DNA of 64,000 nucleotides from Paraspadella gotoi (GCA_051294375.1 CM119264.1:6764804-6828803); one strand, 5' to 3'; shown: positions 1 through 19,685, numbered from the stretch's first letter. Notes: generated from the letters alone by a model not told the origin. Numbers and translations are program-made.

Positions 1-50
1 TTGGTCTTAGCCTTGGCCTTGGTCTTAGCCTTGGCCTTGGCCTTGGCCTT
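1..50. repeat. Short tandem repeat (TTGGTC/TTAGCC/TTGGCC hexamer variants), cut by the window start
   Basis: ttggtcttagccttggcc occurs twice, followed by (ttggcc)n. Confidence 0.85.
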
Positions 51-535
51 TTATTGGTCTTCCACACGAGAAGATTTTGGCTCAGGATTTTTGCAGTCGA
101 ACAAACAAGTCAAACATCGCAGGAAAAGGTTCTGAGGGAGAAAGACGATGACATGACAGGTGAGAATCAAAAGCATGGCGACAACAACAACAACAACGAC
201 GACGACGATGACCACCACGAAATCCACAAACAAAATTCCGAAAAAAAAGAAAACGACGCCAAAATCCCGACTTCGTGGAAATTCTTAGATGGAATCGTGG
301 GTTGGAATCGGCGGCTGGAACGGGTCACTGCTCCTCCCCGAGAGAGGGGATTAAAGCCCAGGGGGATCAGTGACGCTGCCCCCCAGGCCCCTCTACGTCC
401 CCCCCTTGACCCGACTTGATTATGAATCAGAAAGAGTGCGTGAGAGAGAGATGACTGCTCATCCTAATAAGCTCAGAGGGTTAGTTTTGTTTATCCAAGG
501 ACAGGTTTGAAGAGAGAAATGTTTTCCAATCCATA

Positions 536-649
<114 letters not shown>

Positions 650-2275
650 ATAACTCGGGAGGCCCGCTTCTTCTTCGCGGGAAAAGGAAGTTATTTTTTT
701 GTGTTTACGATTTCTTCCCAATCGGTTTTCTTCCCCGATCGGCCGTCATCGCCGCGAGAAATCGACCCCAGAAAATCTCCCTCCTAAAACCCCATAAAAA
801 CAAAACATCAAACGGGGAAAGAATCGTTTCGTGCGGTCGGCCGCCCCTGTCGTCGTCATCGTCGTCGTCGTCGTCGTCNNNNNNNNNNNNNNNNNNNNNN
901 NNNGATAAGTGACCGTGTCAACCGACGCTTGGCAAAAATACGCAGACAGACGTGACATTTTAACAACCAAGTGGCTGAAGAGAGAGAGATACGGGAGAGA
1001 GATGAAGAGAGAAAGCCAGCAGAGAGAGCACGGAGAGAGAACGAGAGCAGAGAGAGGAGATGAGAAGAGACGCATGATGAGAGAGACAAAATAAAGAACA
1101 ACCAGAAACTAACAAAAAAAAGAAAGAAAGAAAGATAGGAAAAGAAGAAAGCAAAGAAAGAAAGAAGAAAAAGAGAAGAAGAAAAGAAAAAGGAAAGGAA
1201 AGGGAAAAAAAAAAAGACTAAGACTTAAAGAAAGAAAGGATAAAAGAATAAGACAAGAAAGAAAAACAAAGAAAGAAAGGGAAAAAGAGATGCTGACGAT
1301 GACAGAGAGAGAAAGAAAGATCAGATCAGATCGGTTATTCTTGGGACTCAATAACGCGAATGGACGGAATCGTTGCCCCGCCAAAAGCCGAGGGTCAACT
1401 CGAAAGAAGTAGTTCTTAGATGGAGTTATTCGCGGCGAAAAAATGACGGCGACGATGACGACGCTGATGTCAACAACGACGACGACGAAAACGACGACGA
1501 TGACGACGCTGATGTCAACAACGACGACGAGTCATGGGAACCGCCTCCGTCTCCGAGCGGCCAAATCTTCTTTGACGCGGATTTTCGGAGGAGGAGAAAA
1601 ATGAAAGGAGCGACGTGGAGTTTGACGGGGAAAATATGATAATGTGATAATGTGACATTAAGATATTAAGATATTGTGATAGCGCGAAAACAATGGGATC
1701 GCGAAGTGACCAAGGAGTCCCGACGTGAGAAAGGCTGGGCGACTTCGACGACGACGAAAACGACGACGATGGCGACGACGATGTCCAAAGTCAGGAGGCA
1801 ACACTGCTTGTTTTATTGTTTTAATAAGTTTTATGAAATTAATGAAAAAGTTTATTTTGGTTGTATCAATTTAATAGAGAGGATATGCGCTGGCCCAATG
1901 CCCATATTCTCGTTGGTAAATTTTTTTTTACCTTTCTTTTATTTTTCGTTGTTATTTTTCAATTAATTATTAATTTATTATTATTATTAATTATATTATT
2001 TCAAATATATTAATATATTAATTATTATCTTATTAATGCCAAAATAGCTAAGAAAAAATACAAGCAGTTTTTCCTCTCATCGGTGGTGGCAACCTCCGCT
2101 GATATAATTTCAATGTCGGGCATCTCTAATTCTCTACAACCACTTTGGGAGTTTGTCACTCCATTATTCAAGGAATCATCATCGTGATGGCTGTGAAATA
2201 TGTCACACCTACTGTTCACTCTCACTCCGCTCTTCAATCAATCCAGTCTTATATATACATATATATATATGAATT

Positions 2276-2327
2276 TGAAATTGGTACAACCAATATAAAA
2301 TTATCCATTCATTTAATAAATAAGCTA
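2276..2327 (-). repeat. Dispersed AT-rich repeat with core TATTGGTTGTACCAATTTCA
   Basis: Near reverse complement of 12370-12422. Shorter variants at ~1855, ~52960-52988 and ~57770-57792. Confidence 0.7.
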
Positions 2328-4234
2328 AATCTTTCCCCCAAAATTGAATACTTCGACGATAGCTCAACCTTTTCAACCTCGGCTGGAGGAAATTGTCTTT
2401 TTCATCTTTGAAAGGCCACCGGAAAAAATACAACGACGCAAAACCACTTTTGTTAAAACTTTTCAAAATTTAATTAACAATTTAAAAAGTCTAAGATTAT
2501 CTCTCTCTCTCTTTCTCTCTCCTCTCTTCTCTCACTTTTCCACAATAGAGGGCACTGTGCCGAAATCCGAGCGAGCCACGGACAAGCTGGTCGCGTCGAA
2601 GGAAGGGGGGGAGGAAGGAGGAAGAGGAGGAGGAACGGGAGGAAGAGGAGGAGCGAGAGGAAGAGGAGGAGGAGATATTCTTTTCCTGGTAATTCATTGC
2701 GCAGATGGTAAATGAGAAAAGAAATGTCGGGTTCGGGCAAAAATTAAAAAAAGAGGCACATAAAGGCTCATTTCCGCTTCCAGGTTCACAGGTTTGTGAG
2801 GATGTGATGAGAGAGAGAGAGAAAGAGAGAGAGAGAAAGAGAGAGAGAGAAAGAGAGAGATATTTTTTTGTACCAGAGAAAAAGTGTACTACGTACTTTT
2901 TACTAGTTATAAAATGTTTTTGTGTCCCAACATCTCTGATAAGTCGTTAAGAGTACATTAAGAAATCCCAATTTAATTTTTACATCTTTTAAAAAGATAT
3001 CTGACAGTGAGATTACATAAATAAACAAAGACTATTACGAAAATTAACCGGATACACAGAGGATGCAAGCATTGCACGATAAATTTTTCTACTTGTACAT
3101 ACTTCATTCTGAAATATCGCAATAACTTTTGAATAAATCTGGCAGTTTGAATTAAATCAACAATTCAACATGAAACGACAGAGTTGACAAAAATAATTTA
3201 AATATCTTTTGTTTCATACTAAACGAAATATCGTCAGATGGCAGGAAGAATCGCATAAAAAATTAAACATAAGAACGTTAATTTGAAAATTACACATTTA
3301 ATGAAACAATTGATCCATAAAAAATTTAAAATTTTTTGGAGATGTTAGTGTTGTCTTCTGGAAATGTAGGATTCATATATTATAGAGCTTAGCAGCCTTG
3401 TATCCTGGACAATTCCTATTATGTGTTGTTGCTCCTTTTTTTTTTGCATTGTAGTTGAATGATTCAAGAGCATAACCCTGTGGGTAATTGTACTTTTGTT
3501 TGGATTAGATTACTGGATTTTAACGTAAACGTTGTCATTTCTCTAGTATAACCTTTGTCAAGATTACTCCTCAGAGCATATTTTTTTTAATGTTTAAAAA
3601 TGATTTAAAACACCTAAGCAATTCTCATCTTACCTGTTAATCACCACAAACTGATGCGAAAATTTTATATTTGATAAAACATTATTTACAAGTAATGCAC
3701 ATCAAGGTAACTAGCATAAAGCTTAATAATCGTAACCAAATATCTATCACAAAGACTGAGCTGAAGGTTTTTGTGATAGCATTCGTTACTGATTTGGGTT
3801 TTCTGAATAATGTTGTGAGATTTAAAATTGATAAGTGAAAAAAAAACTGGATTCGATGAAAAAAAAAATTCAGGCGCATGCTTGCAAATATACATTAGTA
3901 ATAGGAATAATTCGGGTATTTTTTTAACTGAAACTATATATATTGCTATCGCCGGTGTAGGGAAACATTTGTTTTTAAAACTACAACTAATTTTTTTTAT
4001 GGAATAGCTATGTTTTTTTTTGGTGTCGTTCGCCAAGAGTTTTGACCAGAAAATCGAAAACGAGATCAATGACTCGTTGGTAAATATGAATGACTTTTAT
4101 TTAAACATTTTACGTGAGCCCAAAAATGGCTGCGGCGAAAAAAGGAGTTTTCAATTAAATGCATATGAAATGTCTGTTCTAATGTATCCGATTTTAAAAA
4201 GGATGGAAAGTGGGGAAAGTGGGTAGTGGGGAAC

Positions 4235-4344
<110 letters not shown>

Positions 4345-4461
4345 TTACACCAAATCGATAAAATATATCCCTCCCCGAAAAATTCCGCATTTCATTTCAG
4401 CAAATCCTTTCTTTTTTTTTCTTTTTTATTCTTTCTTTTTTTCCTTTTTCTTTTTTTTTCT

Positions 4462-8624
<4,163 letters not shown>

Positions 8625-10342
8625 TTTTTACTCGTGATCTTCACCCGATCCTTTCGCCTTCGTCACATCCGTTTCGTTCATTTCCGTTTCGCTTTGGTCG
8701 CCTTCGCTTCGTCGTCGTCGTCGTTGTTATTTTTGTTTTTTTGCTCGACGTCGTCGTCGTCGTCGTCGTCCTTGTCGTGGATCAACGAGAGGAAAAGGAA
8801 TTGGTTGACATGGAAGTTTTGGCGACGAGTCTCGTGTCACTGAGCCCGGAGCAGGGACGGGCCGACGCGCCGCAACAACGGATTAGACGACGCCGGGATG
8901 GGTAGGGTGACGCTCCTAATCCATATCGAGAACGCCATTTATCGAGGCGGTTCGCATGTCAAACGACGCGACGAACGAACGAACGATGGATTATGTCATA
9001 ATGTCATTATGCATGCCAGTCGGGAATGCTTCGTGCTTGGTTAAAATTTGATTAAATAACTATTTAAAAAAAAAATATGACGATAACTTGCGAGTTGAAT
9101 GCGACGCACAACGGACCCACAATTGACGGATGACGATAACCCCGGGATCGCTTAGGCAACCGACACGCATGACGTAAAAAGAGCCAGCCGTGACGCCGTG
9201 ACGCCGTGACGCGAGAGGCCGACCGCGTTGACGCGAGTCACGCTCTTCGACGCCTAACCAGCGCCATAGCAATTGATGTCAACGAGAGAGGCAAGACCTC
9301 GTTCCAGTGTGACAACGCGACGATGACCGAGCGAGGCGTGGGCGCCTGATGGTTGCAGCGAGGGGCGACCAGGTGACCTATAGAGATGAAAGGATTGAGA
9401 CAGAAATACGTCGGTTCATCTCATTCTCGCGCGACGATGACACGTTCACCTTCAGATTATGATTGTGATTAGTTATTGGTAGATGGACGAGGTGACGTGG
9501 GCTTGGGAAATGGCGCGAAGCGGTCGCCTTGCCGGGTTATATGCAGATGCCTGTATGTCCTTCCGTCGTTTTGTTGATGTTTGACGAAACAACGAAATAG
9601 TTTTATATAATTAATTATGGCGTTATTTGTAGCACCCGAATGTCGTTAATCGTTGTTTGCAAAGTCGCATTCGTGTAATCTTTTGCGCTATAACGGGGCT
9701 GCTGGTGACGCTGCTACGAAGCGGCTGAGGCGGAGGCCACGTCTAGATCCAGGACGCGTGCGACGGGACGAAGACTGACGTTACTGGAAAGAGTAGGAGC
9801 AAAGGGCGTGGAGGGTGGGGGGTTGGGATAGAGGTGGAGCAATTGCTGGATTGAGCAATATAAGATTATTTGAAGTATGATCGGGATAAAACATAAAACC
9901 AAGCATCGAATTGCGGCATAGTTAGTTGAAAACTACAATTCTATAAAATTATGAAATTGCGGATTTGAGCGAATAGGATTAAAAGGATTTTCAGTCCATT
10001 GAGACGATGGCGGAATGCGAGAATCCAGGCCTGATGGCGCCACGCCAGCGCAAGCCTTTTTTTCATCGTCGATTTTTGGCCCCGAAACATTTTTTTACTA
10101 TTTTTTGATTCTATTTTTCTTTTTATTTTCCTTGTTTTTTTTATCGCCACTCTCACTCCGGTTTTTTTTATTCTTCCAAATTTTATTCCTCCACGGAATT
10201 TTCTCTCGACTCTTTTCCTTCACAAACTTGCTCCGTTTTTTTTTCTTTCTCTCTTTTTCCCCGGGGCGTTTATTTGGATTTTCCCTCTTTCTCTCTCCCG
10301 CTCTCCATTATTTTTTATCTTGGAATCTTGAGAAGGAGAGTC

Positions 10343-10462
<120 letters not shown>

Positions 10463-11466
10463 GAACGACTGTTTTTTCTTACTCGCACCGGAGAGAAATT
10501 TGGTTTTACGCGTTTTCTGAAGCAAAAAAAGAAATGTTGTGAAAAAATGGGGTAGGAAATCATTGAAGAGATAAAAATGAGGAAGAAGTTATTAGAAATC
10601 GTCTCAGAGGTCGATGAAGGAGGAAATTAAAGAGAAAGATGTGAAATTGAGAAAAGAAATAGGAGGGCTTGTATTCGTGAGTTCCGTCGGGCAAGGGAAC
10701 TAGAAATAGGAAATTGGGAAAATGAGCGACCACGACCAACAAAGGAGCGCGTTATTGCCAACGTCGGGTCTTTCCTAAATCCGATTCATTCGCAACGGTG
10801 GCCAACTCCACCGGCATTGTGTTATCACGATCACATCGCAGGCCGCGAACCAGCCGGCAGGCCGCCGCCGCCGCAGACGATTCCTTCTCTAACCTCCTTC
10901 AACGGCTAACCGGCAGCGGCGTCCAGCTGATTCCGAAATCCATTTGCGACACAAAAAAAAAAAAGAAAAAAAAAAGTAATGAAAAAACAAAAGATTTTTT
11001 TTCTCCCATGTGAGAAGTTTTCCTCCCTTTTGGCCGCCGCCTCGTTTCGTCTCATTTCTCTTTCCATTTCTAAATCTTCAATCACATTTAAACGTAGTTA
11101 GTCTTTTTTTTTTCTTCTTCCTCTCTTTTCTTCTTTCCTTCTTCCTCCTTCCAATCGCTAATAAACTTATTTCTTTTTTCCCTTTTCCCCTCTACTCACT
11201 CCCTCTCGCGATAAAAGCCTCATTTTTCTTATTTCCTCTTTTACTCCCTTCACCGTTTCTTAACAGAACCGCGAGAAAAAAACTTCACTTCCTCTCGCTC
11301 CTTTTTTTTCCTTCCGCCCGCCAACATTCTTTGCTCCATTAGAAAACGTAAGACAGAAACTTTCGAGACTTTAAAACCTTTAGCTTTAAAACGATAAAGA
11401 CTTTATTGTGTAAATGTGAATCTGGGAATTCAACCTTTTTTTTCTTTCTTTCTTTCTTTCTTTCAT

Positions 11467-11554
<88 letters not shown>

Positions 11555-11904
11555 TCATCTTTCTTTCTTTCTGTTTTCTTTTTTACTTTATATTTTCTTT
11601 TTTTCCCTTTTCTTCAAATGATTGAAAATCGGAAATCTATCTCGAATTTTCCATGTCGCCACGTCTGCTCTCAATCAGGAACGATGTAAAAAAAAACAAA
11701 CAAATTTTCAGATTCACTTAAATATTGTTTCGTATGAAGAATAGATTTTCAAGCTTTTAACTCGACGACGACGACGCCAAAAACGACGACCATGACGACG
11801 ACGACGACACCGGAAACGCCCAGTGTCAAAAGGTCGAAAGAAATCAATCAGAATCATCTTATCACCTGAAACCCGTTTCTAGCTCATTTGTCACTTTCCC
11901 TTTA

Positions 11905-12021
<117 letters not shown>

Positions 12022-14972
12022 CCAAGGGACACAAAAGGCACAAAAGAGACTTGACATCAAACAAAAGGTCAACGGATGTTGATGTCTTCTTTTCCAGTTT
12101 CGAGTCATCGCGACGCCAACAATCCTTTCGGGCTTTTCGGGTTTCATTCAAGGATCCCTATGGGGGCGTCGACGACGACGACGACGACGACGACGAGGAC
12201 GACGACGATGTGGACGACGACGACGACTTCGACGACGAGGACGACGACAATGACATCTTTGCGGACGGAGAAAACAAATTTAAAGATGACGATGAGGAAG
12301 ACGAATTTGATGACTTAAAATTATAATAACTACAAATATACTATAAACCATATAAAGTTAGGAGCAAGATAGCTTATTTATTAAATTAATGGATAATATT
12401 TATATTGGTTGTACCAATTTCATATAAGTATGAGATCCCATATGATGGGATTCAAATTAACACTCTCTTCTCTCATTCACCATCTACAACAAACTCACAT
12501 CATTTCGCACTACTTTGGCATTTGCGTCACCAATGACGTCAAGAATTTTTGTCGTTAGACGTGACGTCATTAATTGCGCCATCACGTTTGGTGCCATTGA
12601 AACAGTAACTACATTCTCACGCGCAAAGGATATCTTATCTTATGAACGGAAATTCTTGTTTATTAATTGTTGTTTGTTTAGTAATTCTGTATATACGTAA
12701 TCTGGTATGTTAAAATAAGTCCGTAGATATCTTGTTGAAAGGACCAAATTAATTTAAATAAAAACTCGCAATTAGCAAATGTTTAATACAATGTTTTAAA
12801 AACCTTAGCTTCTTTAATATTTGGCTCATTCCTTCACGGAATCCTGGTGAGGGGAGGAAGCTTAATCACTTTCCTCTGGTAAACCCCTCAAAGGCAATTT
12901 TAGACCCATCAACACAGGGAAAAGNNNNNNNNNNNNNNNNNNNNNNNNNNNNNNNNNNNNNNNNNNNNNNNNNNNNNNNNNNNNNNNNNNNNNNNNNNNN
13001 NNNNNNNNNNNNNNNNNNNNNNNNNNNNNNNNNNNNNNNNNNNNNNNNNNNNNNNNNNNNNNNNNNNNNNNNNNNNNNNNNNNNNNNNNNNNNNNNNNNN
13101 NNNNNNNNNNNNNNNNNNNNNNNNNNNNNNNNNNNNNNNNNNNNNNNNNNNNNNNNNNNNNNNNNNNNNNNNNNNNNNNNNNNNAAAAAAAATCTTCGAA
13201 ATAAAAATAAACCGACGACAAAAGTTGATTCAGAATGATTCGGTTTACGCTCGTCTGTCAAGGGAATTTGGGAATTATTCTCTCTCTCTCTCTAAAGGGA
13301 AGAGATACGGTCATACATACTCATGTATTTTTGTTCTTTATTTGGTTCTGAATAATTTACTTGAGAAAACCGTAAATTACTAAAATTAAATTTTAACTCG
13401 TATGATTAATTATATACTATAACCCATAGTATTAATTAATCTTCTATGTTGGTTCATCCAAAACGCGTGAGGACGAAAAAACGAAAAGAATTATTAGTCT
13501 GGAAATTTTTACGGCAGAGAGAAGGTGGTCTCTGCTCTCTTTCTCATCTCTCTTCTCTCGCCCTACTTGGTAAATCCTATCTCTCTTCCCTCCTCCCTCA
13601 ACCCTCCATCCTCTCATGTCTCGCTCGGAATACTTCTTTCTTACTCATCAGTCGCATCCACTCCTCATCTCTCCAGATTTTGGGATCTAAATAAATTGTA
13701 ACATCCCAAAGAACGAAGAGAGGACAAAAACGCACAGTATGGGGTTGTCCATAGTTTTACTTCCTAGAGAAGGACAAACAGTAGATTTTTTAAGAGGATA
13801 CGAATCTTTGACTCTCGCATCGTCGCTACGTCTCATCGCTCTCGATCCCGTCACCTGAGCTTCAGAGGTCAGTCAGGACATCGGATACGGTCTCAATCGT
13901 CAGCTCAACTCTCATCCTCTATCATCTGCTAATCTCTCGTACTCGATCTCTCTCTCTGGACTCGTCGTCAGAGAACGAGTACGCATCGATGAGCTACGAG
14001 GAGACTCTCTCAACAATCATCTCGTCCTCTCTCCTTCCTCTCGTCTCTTCGCATTATAATTTTCCAAATCTCTGCGTTTGCGGTCATTTGACGCCGACAT
14101 TTGAGAGACGGAGGACTTTTTAGGCCACTGAGTAACTATAATCGCAGTGTTCATAATCAGAAGGCCCCGCAGAAAAAAGAGTAAAGAGAAGCGAAGAGCG
14201 TGCCCAGGTCCCCCTAATCCGGGGAGATTTTTCATTCATTCAATTCTCCTCGTCTCTCCTCTCCTTTCGCCTCCCTCTCTCCCCTCTCTCTCTCCCTCTC
14301 TCCCACCCTCCTCTCTCTCTCTCTCCGTCTGCCAGCTGGCTAAATAAGAGAGACGATCACTGTGCCGCATGTTTTCTCCAAGGCGTCGTTCAGCCGCGAT
14401 TAACATCGCCTTCCAATGTTCTCCACCGATTGCTCATTCGTGATATGAACCAAACTGATCTATCACTATTAGTCAACGATTTGCCAACTTTATTATGTTC
14501 TTATCCCTCGTCTATTTCCATTTATCCTCCTTTCCTCCCATTATCCCGATATTATATATATTTTCTTTCCCCTTTCTCTCTCGAATAATGAAACTAACCC
14601 GGATTTATGTCGCAGTCCGTCTGTCCGCGCCCAGCGGGCAACCGTATGCCGGGACAGATCCCCCAAGAGTTGTTTCTGCCCAGTAAGCTAGTCTGAAATT
14701 CGTTCTCTGTAATTCAAAGAACATCACATGATACATAATCGACTCCATTCAGCGATAAGAAGGCTCGCTTTACTTTCTTCACCTGAGAGGGAGAGAGAGG
14801 GAGAGATGGAGAGAGAGGGAGAGGAGGGAGAAAGGCGAGACAAGGGCAAGGGTGTGGTTTTTTGTTGGTGGTTGTTGGGTTTGGTTGGGGTGTGTGTTGG
14901 TTTTTTTCGGGTGTTTGTGTTTGTGTTGGTGTTTACGGCCGCTCGTCTGTCAGGGATTTGGGATTATTCTCA

Positions 14973-15003
<31 letters not shown>

Positions 15004-15218
15004 TCTTCTCTCGCTCTCTTATCTCCGATGTCGTGTTCTCGTCTGCTCGCTCTAGGCAGCTGCGGTCCGCGGTCTGTAGTTCTCTCTCTCTTCGTCTTTC
15101 TTCTGACTTCAAACTANNNNNNNNNNNNNNNNNNNNNNNNNCTCCTCCCTTCCATCTCCTCCTCTCTTCTCTCGTCTTCTCTCTCTCCTTCCTCTCTCTC
15201 TCTCTCTCTTTTCTGACT

Positions 15219-16252
15219 TGTTAAGAGGAGTGTTTGACTTCAACGTCCGAGAAGAAGAAGTTTGAGCGTCGCCAGAGTCAAAATCGGTGGTTGTCGGTGA
15301 CTGGGGTTAAGATGAAATCTCAGGGGGGCGACGCACGAGGAGGTAAGAAGGGGTAGTGAAAGAAAGAGGGTAAAGAGAGGAAAGTGGAAGAATGAAGTGA
15401 AAGGAAAGTGGAAAGAGAGAAAAATTTGAAGCAAGGGAAATGATTTCGTTGTTTGAATAGGGGTAGTCCAGCGTACAGCAGACGATGGGGAAATAAGAGC
15501 GGAGCAGACGACGAAAGAAAATAGAGAGAATCAGGCGACGGAGGGATAGAACGAGGAGAGGGAAAAGAGGAAAGCGGTAGAATCAGATAGGGGAAGAACC
15601 TGGACGAGACCGTGCAAGACTGGGAAGCAACCGGGAAAGACAGAGAAAACCAGCTGGATCAGGCGACGGAGGTAAACAGCAATTTCAGAGCAATCGGGTG
15701 AGACAGGGGAAACAGGCCGTCGTGGAGGAAATGGCAAGCGATGGGGTAAAGCAAGGGAGCAGGCGACGGGGACGAGAGTGACAAGCGTCGTTGATTAAAT
15801 TCCGTTAAGGAGAAAAAACGATTTGCAAGAAGCGGAAATAGAGTTTCGCGACTCAAGAGGAAATACAATGCCGATCGGCGCAAAAGTGGCTTCATGCAAA
15901 ATAAAAACGAGAAAGTGGAATATATGTGTTTTTTTTTTTTTGTTTTTTTTTTACGTGGCTGCCTTTTCTGTTATTTAAAAATTGCTAAAAGCTTTCGTGA
16001 CGAAACTGAGAAAGAGTGAAGAATTTCAGTCTTTGCGCCGGCGAAAAAAATCAAATTAAGGTCAAGGTCGTCTCGCCGAACCTTGGGGAAAAAACGGAGG
16101 CGTTGTTTTCATTCTGTCTTAAAATGTCGGCCTGTATGTCAGTCTGTCTTAAAATAAGTGTATATACAACTGTTTTGGCCATTTGAAGCCAAGGTCCTTT
16201 TAAAATTGACCTTAATTTTGTTGAATGATATTTTTCTGTGCACTCTCTCTTT

Positions 16253-16296
<44 letters not shown>

Positions 16297-17693
16297 TCTT
16301 TACTTGTTAAGAGGAGTGACTTCACGCCAAGAGAGAAGTTTGAGCGTCGCCAGAGTCAAAATCGGTGGTTGTCGGTGACTGGGGGTTAAGATGAAATCTC
16401 AGGGGGGCGACGCACGAGGAGGAAGAAGGGGGTAGTGAAAGAAAAGAGGGTAAGAGAGGAAAGTGGAAGATGAAGTGAAAGGAAAGTGGAAAGAGAGAAA
16501 ATTTGAAGCAAGGGAAATGATTTCGTTGTTTGAATAGGGGTAGTCAGCGTACAAGCAGACGATGGGGAAATAGAGCGGGAGCAGACGACGAAGAAAAATA
16601 GAACAAGAAAAGAGGAAGCCAGTAGAATCCAGATATGGGGAAGACCTGACGACCGTGCAAGACTGGGGAAGCAACCGGGAAAGACAGAGGAAACCAGCTG
16701 GATCAGGCGACGGAGGTAGACAGCAATTTCAGGCAATCGGGTGAGACAGGGGGAACAGGCGTCGTGGGAGAATGGCAGGCGATGGGGGTAAGACAACGGG
16801 AGCAGGCGACGGGGGAAGCGAAGTGACAGCGTCGTCTGATTAAATTCCGTTGAGGAGAAAAACGATTTGCAAGAAGCGGAAATAGAATTTCGCGACTCAA
16901 GAAGGAAATACAATGGCCGACGGCGCAAAAGTGGCTTCATGCAAAATAAAAACGAAGAAAGTGGAATATTGTACAAAAAATAAAAAAACACATATATTCC
17001 ACTTTCTCGTTTTTATTTTGGCATGAAGCATTGCGCCGATCGGCATTGTATCCTTCTTGAGTCGGAAATCTATTTCGACTTCTCGCAAATCGGTTTTTTT
17101 TCCCTTGAACGGAATTTAATCAACGACGCTTGTCACTTCGCTTCCCCGTCGCCTGCTCCGTTGTCTTACCCCATCGCTTGCCATTTCCACGACGCCTGTT
17201 TCCCCTGTCTACCCGATTGCGCTGAAATTGCTGTCTACCTCCGTCGCCTGATCCAGCTGGTTTTCTCTGTCTTTCCGGTTGCTTCCCAGTTTGCACGGTC
17301 GTCAGGTTTCCCAATTGGATTCTACTCGGCTTCCTCTCTTGCTTTTTTCTCGCTTTCTTGCTTTTCCTCTCTGCCTCGATATTTCCCTCGTCGCCTTTTC
17401 TCTATTTTCTTCGTCGTCTGCTCCCGCTTATTTCCCATCGTCTGCTTGTACGCTGACTTACCCTATCAAACAACGAAATCATTTCCCTTGCTTCAAATTT
17501 TCCTCTCTTTCCACTTTCCTTTCACTTCATCTTCCACTTTCCTCTCTTACCCTCTTTCTTTCACTACCCCTTCTTCCTCCTCGTGCGTCGCCCTGAGATT
17601 TCATCTTAACCCCAGTACGCCAACCACCGATTTTGACTCTGGCGACGCTCAAACTTCTCTCTCTCGGCGTTGTAAGTCACTTCTTAACAAGTC

Positions 17694-17695
<2 letters not shown>
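15219..17695. repeat. Triplicated ~0.7 kb unit: direct copies 15219-15927 and 16304-16970, inverted copy 16985-17695
   Basis: The same sequence (aagtttgagcgtcgccagagtcaaaatcggtggttg...gaaagtggaatat) appears three times with many small indels. Confidence 0.9.
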
Positions 17696-17741
<46 letters not shown>

Positions 17742-18779
17742 GAGATGGAAGGAGAGGAGAGAGAGAACGAACGAGAGAGAGAATAATTCCCAAATTCCCT
17801 TGACAAGACGAGCGTAACCGAATCATTTCTGAATCAACTTCGTCGTCGGTTTATTTTTATTTCGAAGATTTTTTTTCTTGGTATAATACATATTTGTCAA
17901 TTCCAAATCTGCTCGCAACCGCCCACTTCGATCACCACCCGGCCATAATAGAGAATGGCCTTCGGTGATTGCGAGGCCTCCCTTGTTTGAGTATACTTTA
18001 TCATTCATTCTCTTCTTCTCTTCTCTCCTCGTCTCCCCTTCTCTCTCCCTTCTCCTCTCTTCTCTCTTTCTCTCTCTTTTCCTGTGTTGATGGGGTTCTA
18101 GAAATTGCCTTGAGGGGTTTACCAGAGGAAAAAGTGTAATTAAGCTTCCCTCCTCACGCAGGATTCCGTGAAGGCATGACGCCAAATATTTTAAAGGAAG
18201 CTAAGTTTTATAAAACATTGGCAGTGTTCTACGAACGCCTTTCTTAACATTGATTTAACTGTAAAATTGAACTATTTTTAGTGTCTCGTTTGTTTCTTTG
18301 GGTCATTCTGATTTAAAATCGTGTTTGGGAATGTTATTCACTATCATGTAAGCACAACGCGATGTGCTTATTCTAATGCTTCCAAATTCGCTACGATAAA
18401 AAGTTCTTTTCAAAGTTTTTGAACTAATTGAGTTGAAAATCTATTTCAACTAGTCGAGTTAACAAAAATACGTAAACTATTGTTAAAAAAATGGAAAATT
18501 TTACGCTTTTCGTGAGCAGAAATGGAGCGTAGACACTCTCACGGCTTAGCAATTACAAATACAATAACAATTACAAATATTAAAAAAATATGATATCTGA
18601 AATTTAAATAATTTTTTTTTTTCTAAGAAATTATCTTTCTCGGTTTCATTTTTTTCCCATAGACCTCAAGACGTAACTATATTAATCTCCAGGCAAGCCA
18701 AAGTATTTTAATTAAAATTGGCAGACTGAAATTAAAAATTAAGTGAAATTGTTTGTTTTGGCTGACAGACAACGGAATT

Positions 18780-18811
<32 letters not shown>

Positions 18812-19153
18812 GGAGAAAAAGTTTTTTCCATTAAGAATTGAGTAAAGGATAGTGAAGGAGTTAAGATTGGGGACAAGTTAGTCTGCCGAGAGAGAGAGTG
18901 TGAAAGAAATGAAATACATGTAATAATTTTACTAAAGATAGAAAAATTAAAATAAAGATTTGAGGTTTAATAAGAAAAGTGAAAGATAAGAAAAGAAGTA
19001 TTGTGCAAAAGTCGACTCTTTCTTTTTCGACCTCTTCTCTCTTTTCTCTTCTTTCTCTCTCTTTCTCTCTTCTCTCTCTTTCTCTCTCTCTTCACGTCTC
19101 TCCTTCATCATAATGTTTTGGTAAAAATTTTTATAAATTCACATTGGTCGTTT

Positions 19154-19189
19154 CTGATTAAGACTCGAAAAGAGTCGAAACATTTCCGT
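19154..19189 (+). ncRNA. Degenerate hammerhead ribozyme copy, related to 7361-7400
   Basis: CUGAUUA-A-GACUC gaaaa GAGUC-GAAAC-AUUUC-CGU. Core G8 is changed to U and stems I and III are disrupted, so probably inactive. Confidence 0.5.
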
Positions 19190-19466
19190 AAAAAAAATGT
19201 AAACTCGTTGTTTTGTAATAAAAACAGAAACTTTGTCTTCTTCTCCATTTTTTTAAAAAATGGGTTAACTTCATTGAATCCTTCGACCATTTCCTCTCTC
19301 CTTTTTCAATTGCCACTTTCATCGCGAAGCCGATTTTTTGTCATCCTTCGCCGCGAAGGTGACTTTTTCCTAGGTCGGTCGCTCCTCGCCGGGGCCGACG
19401 TTTTCCGGGGCCGAATCTCCGGTCACGGCGTTTTTACCCCTGTAAAATTCTCCATTTTTCTCTTAC

Positions 19467-19632
19467 CCTGTTTTCGCTCGATTGATCGGCGTCGAGGGGG
19501 TGGGGGGGGGGGGGGGGGGGGGGGGGGGGAGGGGGGGGGGGGGTTGTTGTGGGTGTGGGGGGTGGGGGGGGGGGGGGGGGGGGGGGGGTGGTGGGGGGGG
19601 GGGGGGGGGGGGGGGGTTGTGTGTGGTGTGGG

Positions 19633-19685
<53 letters not shown>

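Noticed and set aside
13300-14050. Scrambled CT/GTC-rich sequence (similar at 28732-29330 and 43300-44250)
   Set aside because: Has the character of unpolished long-read noise near gaps; not interpretable.
17120-17460. Minus-strand frame with RRWG / GKRWGK / GKR motifs resembling a neuropeptide precursor
   Set aside because: No signal peptide, no repeated peptide units, purine-rich bias explains the K/R/G content, and the three copies disagree in frame.
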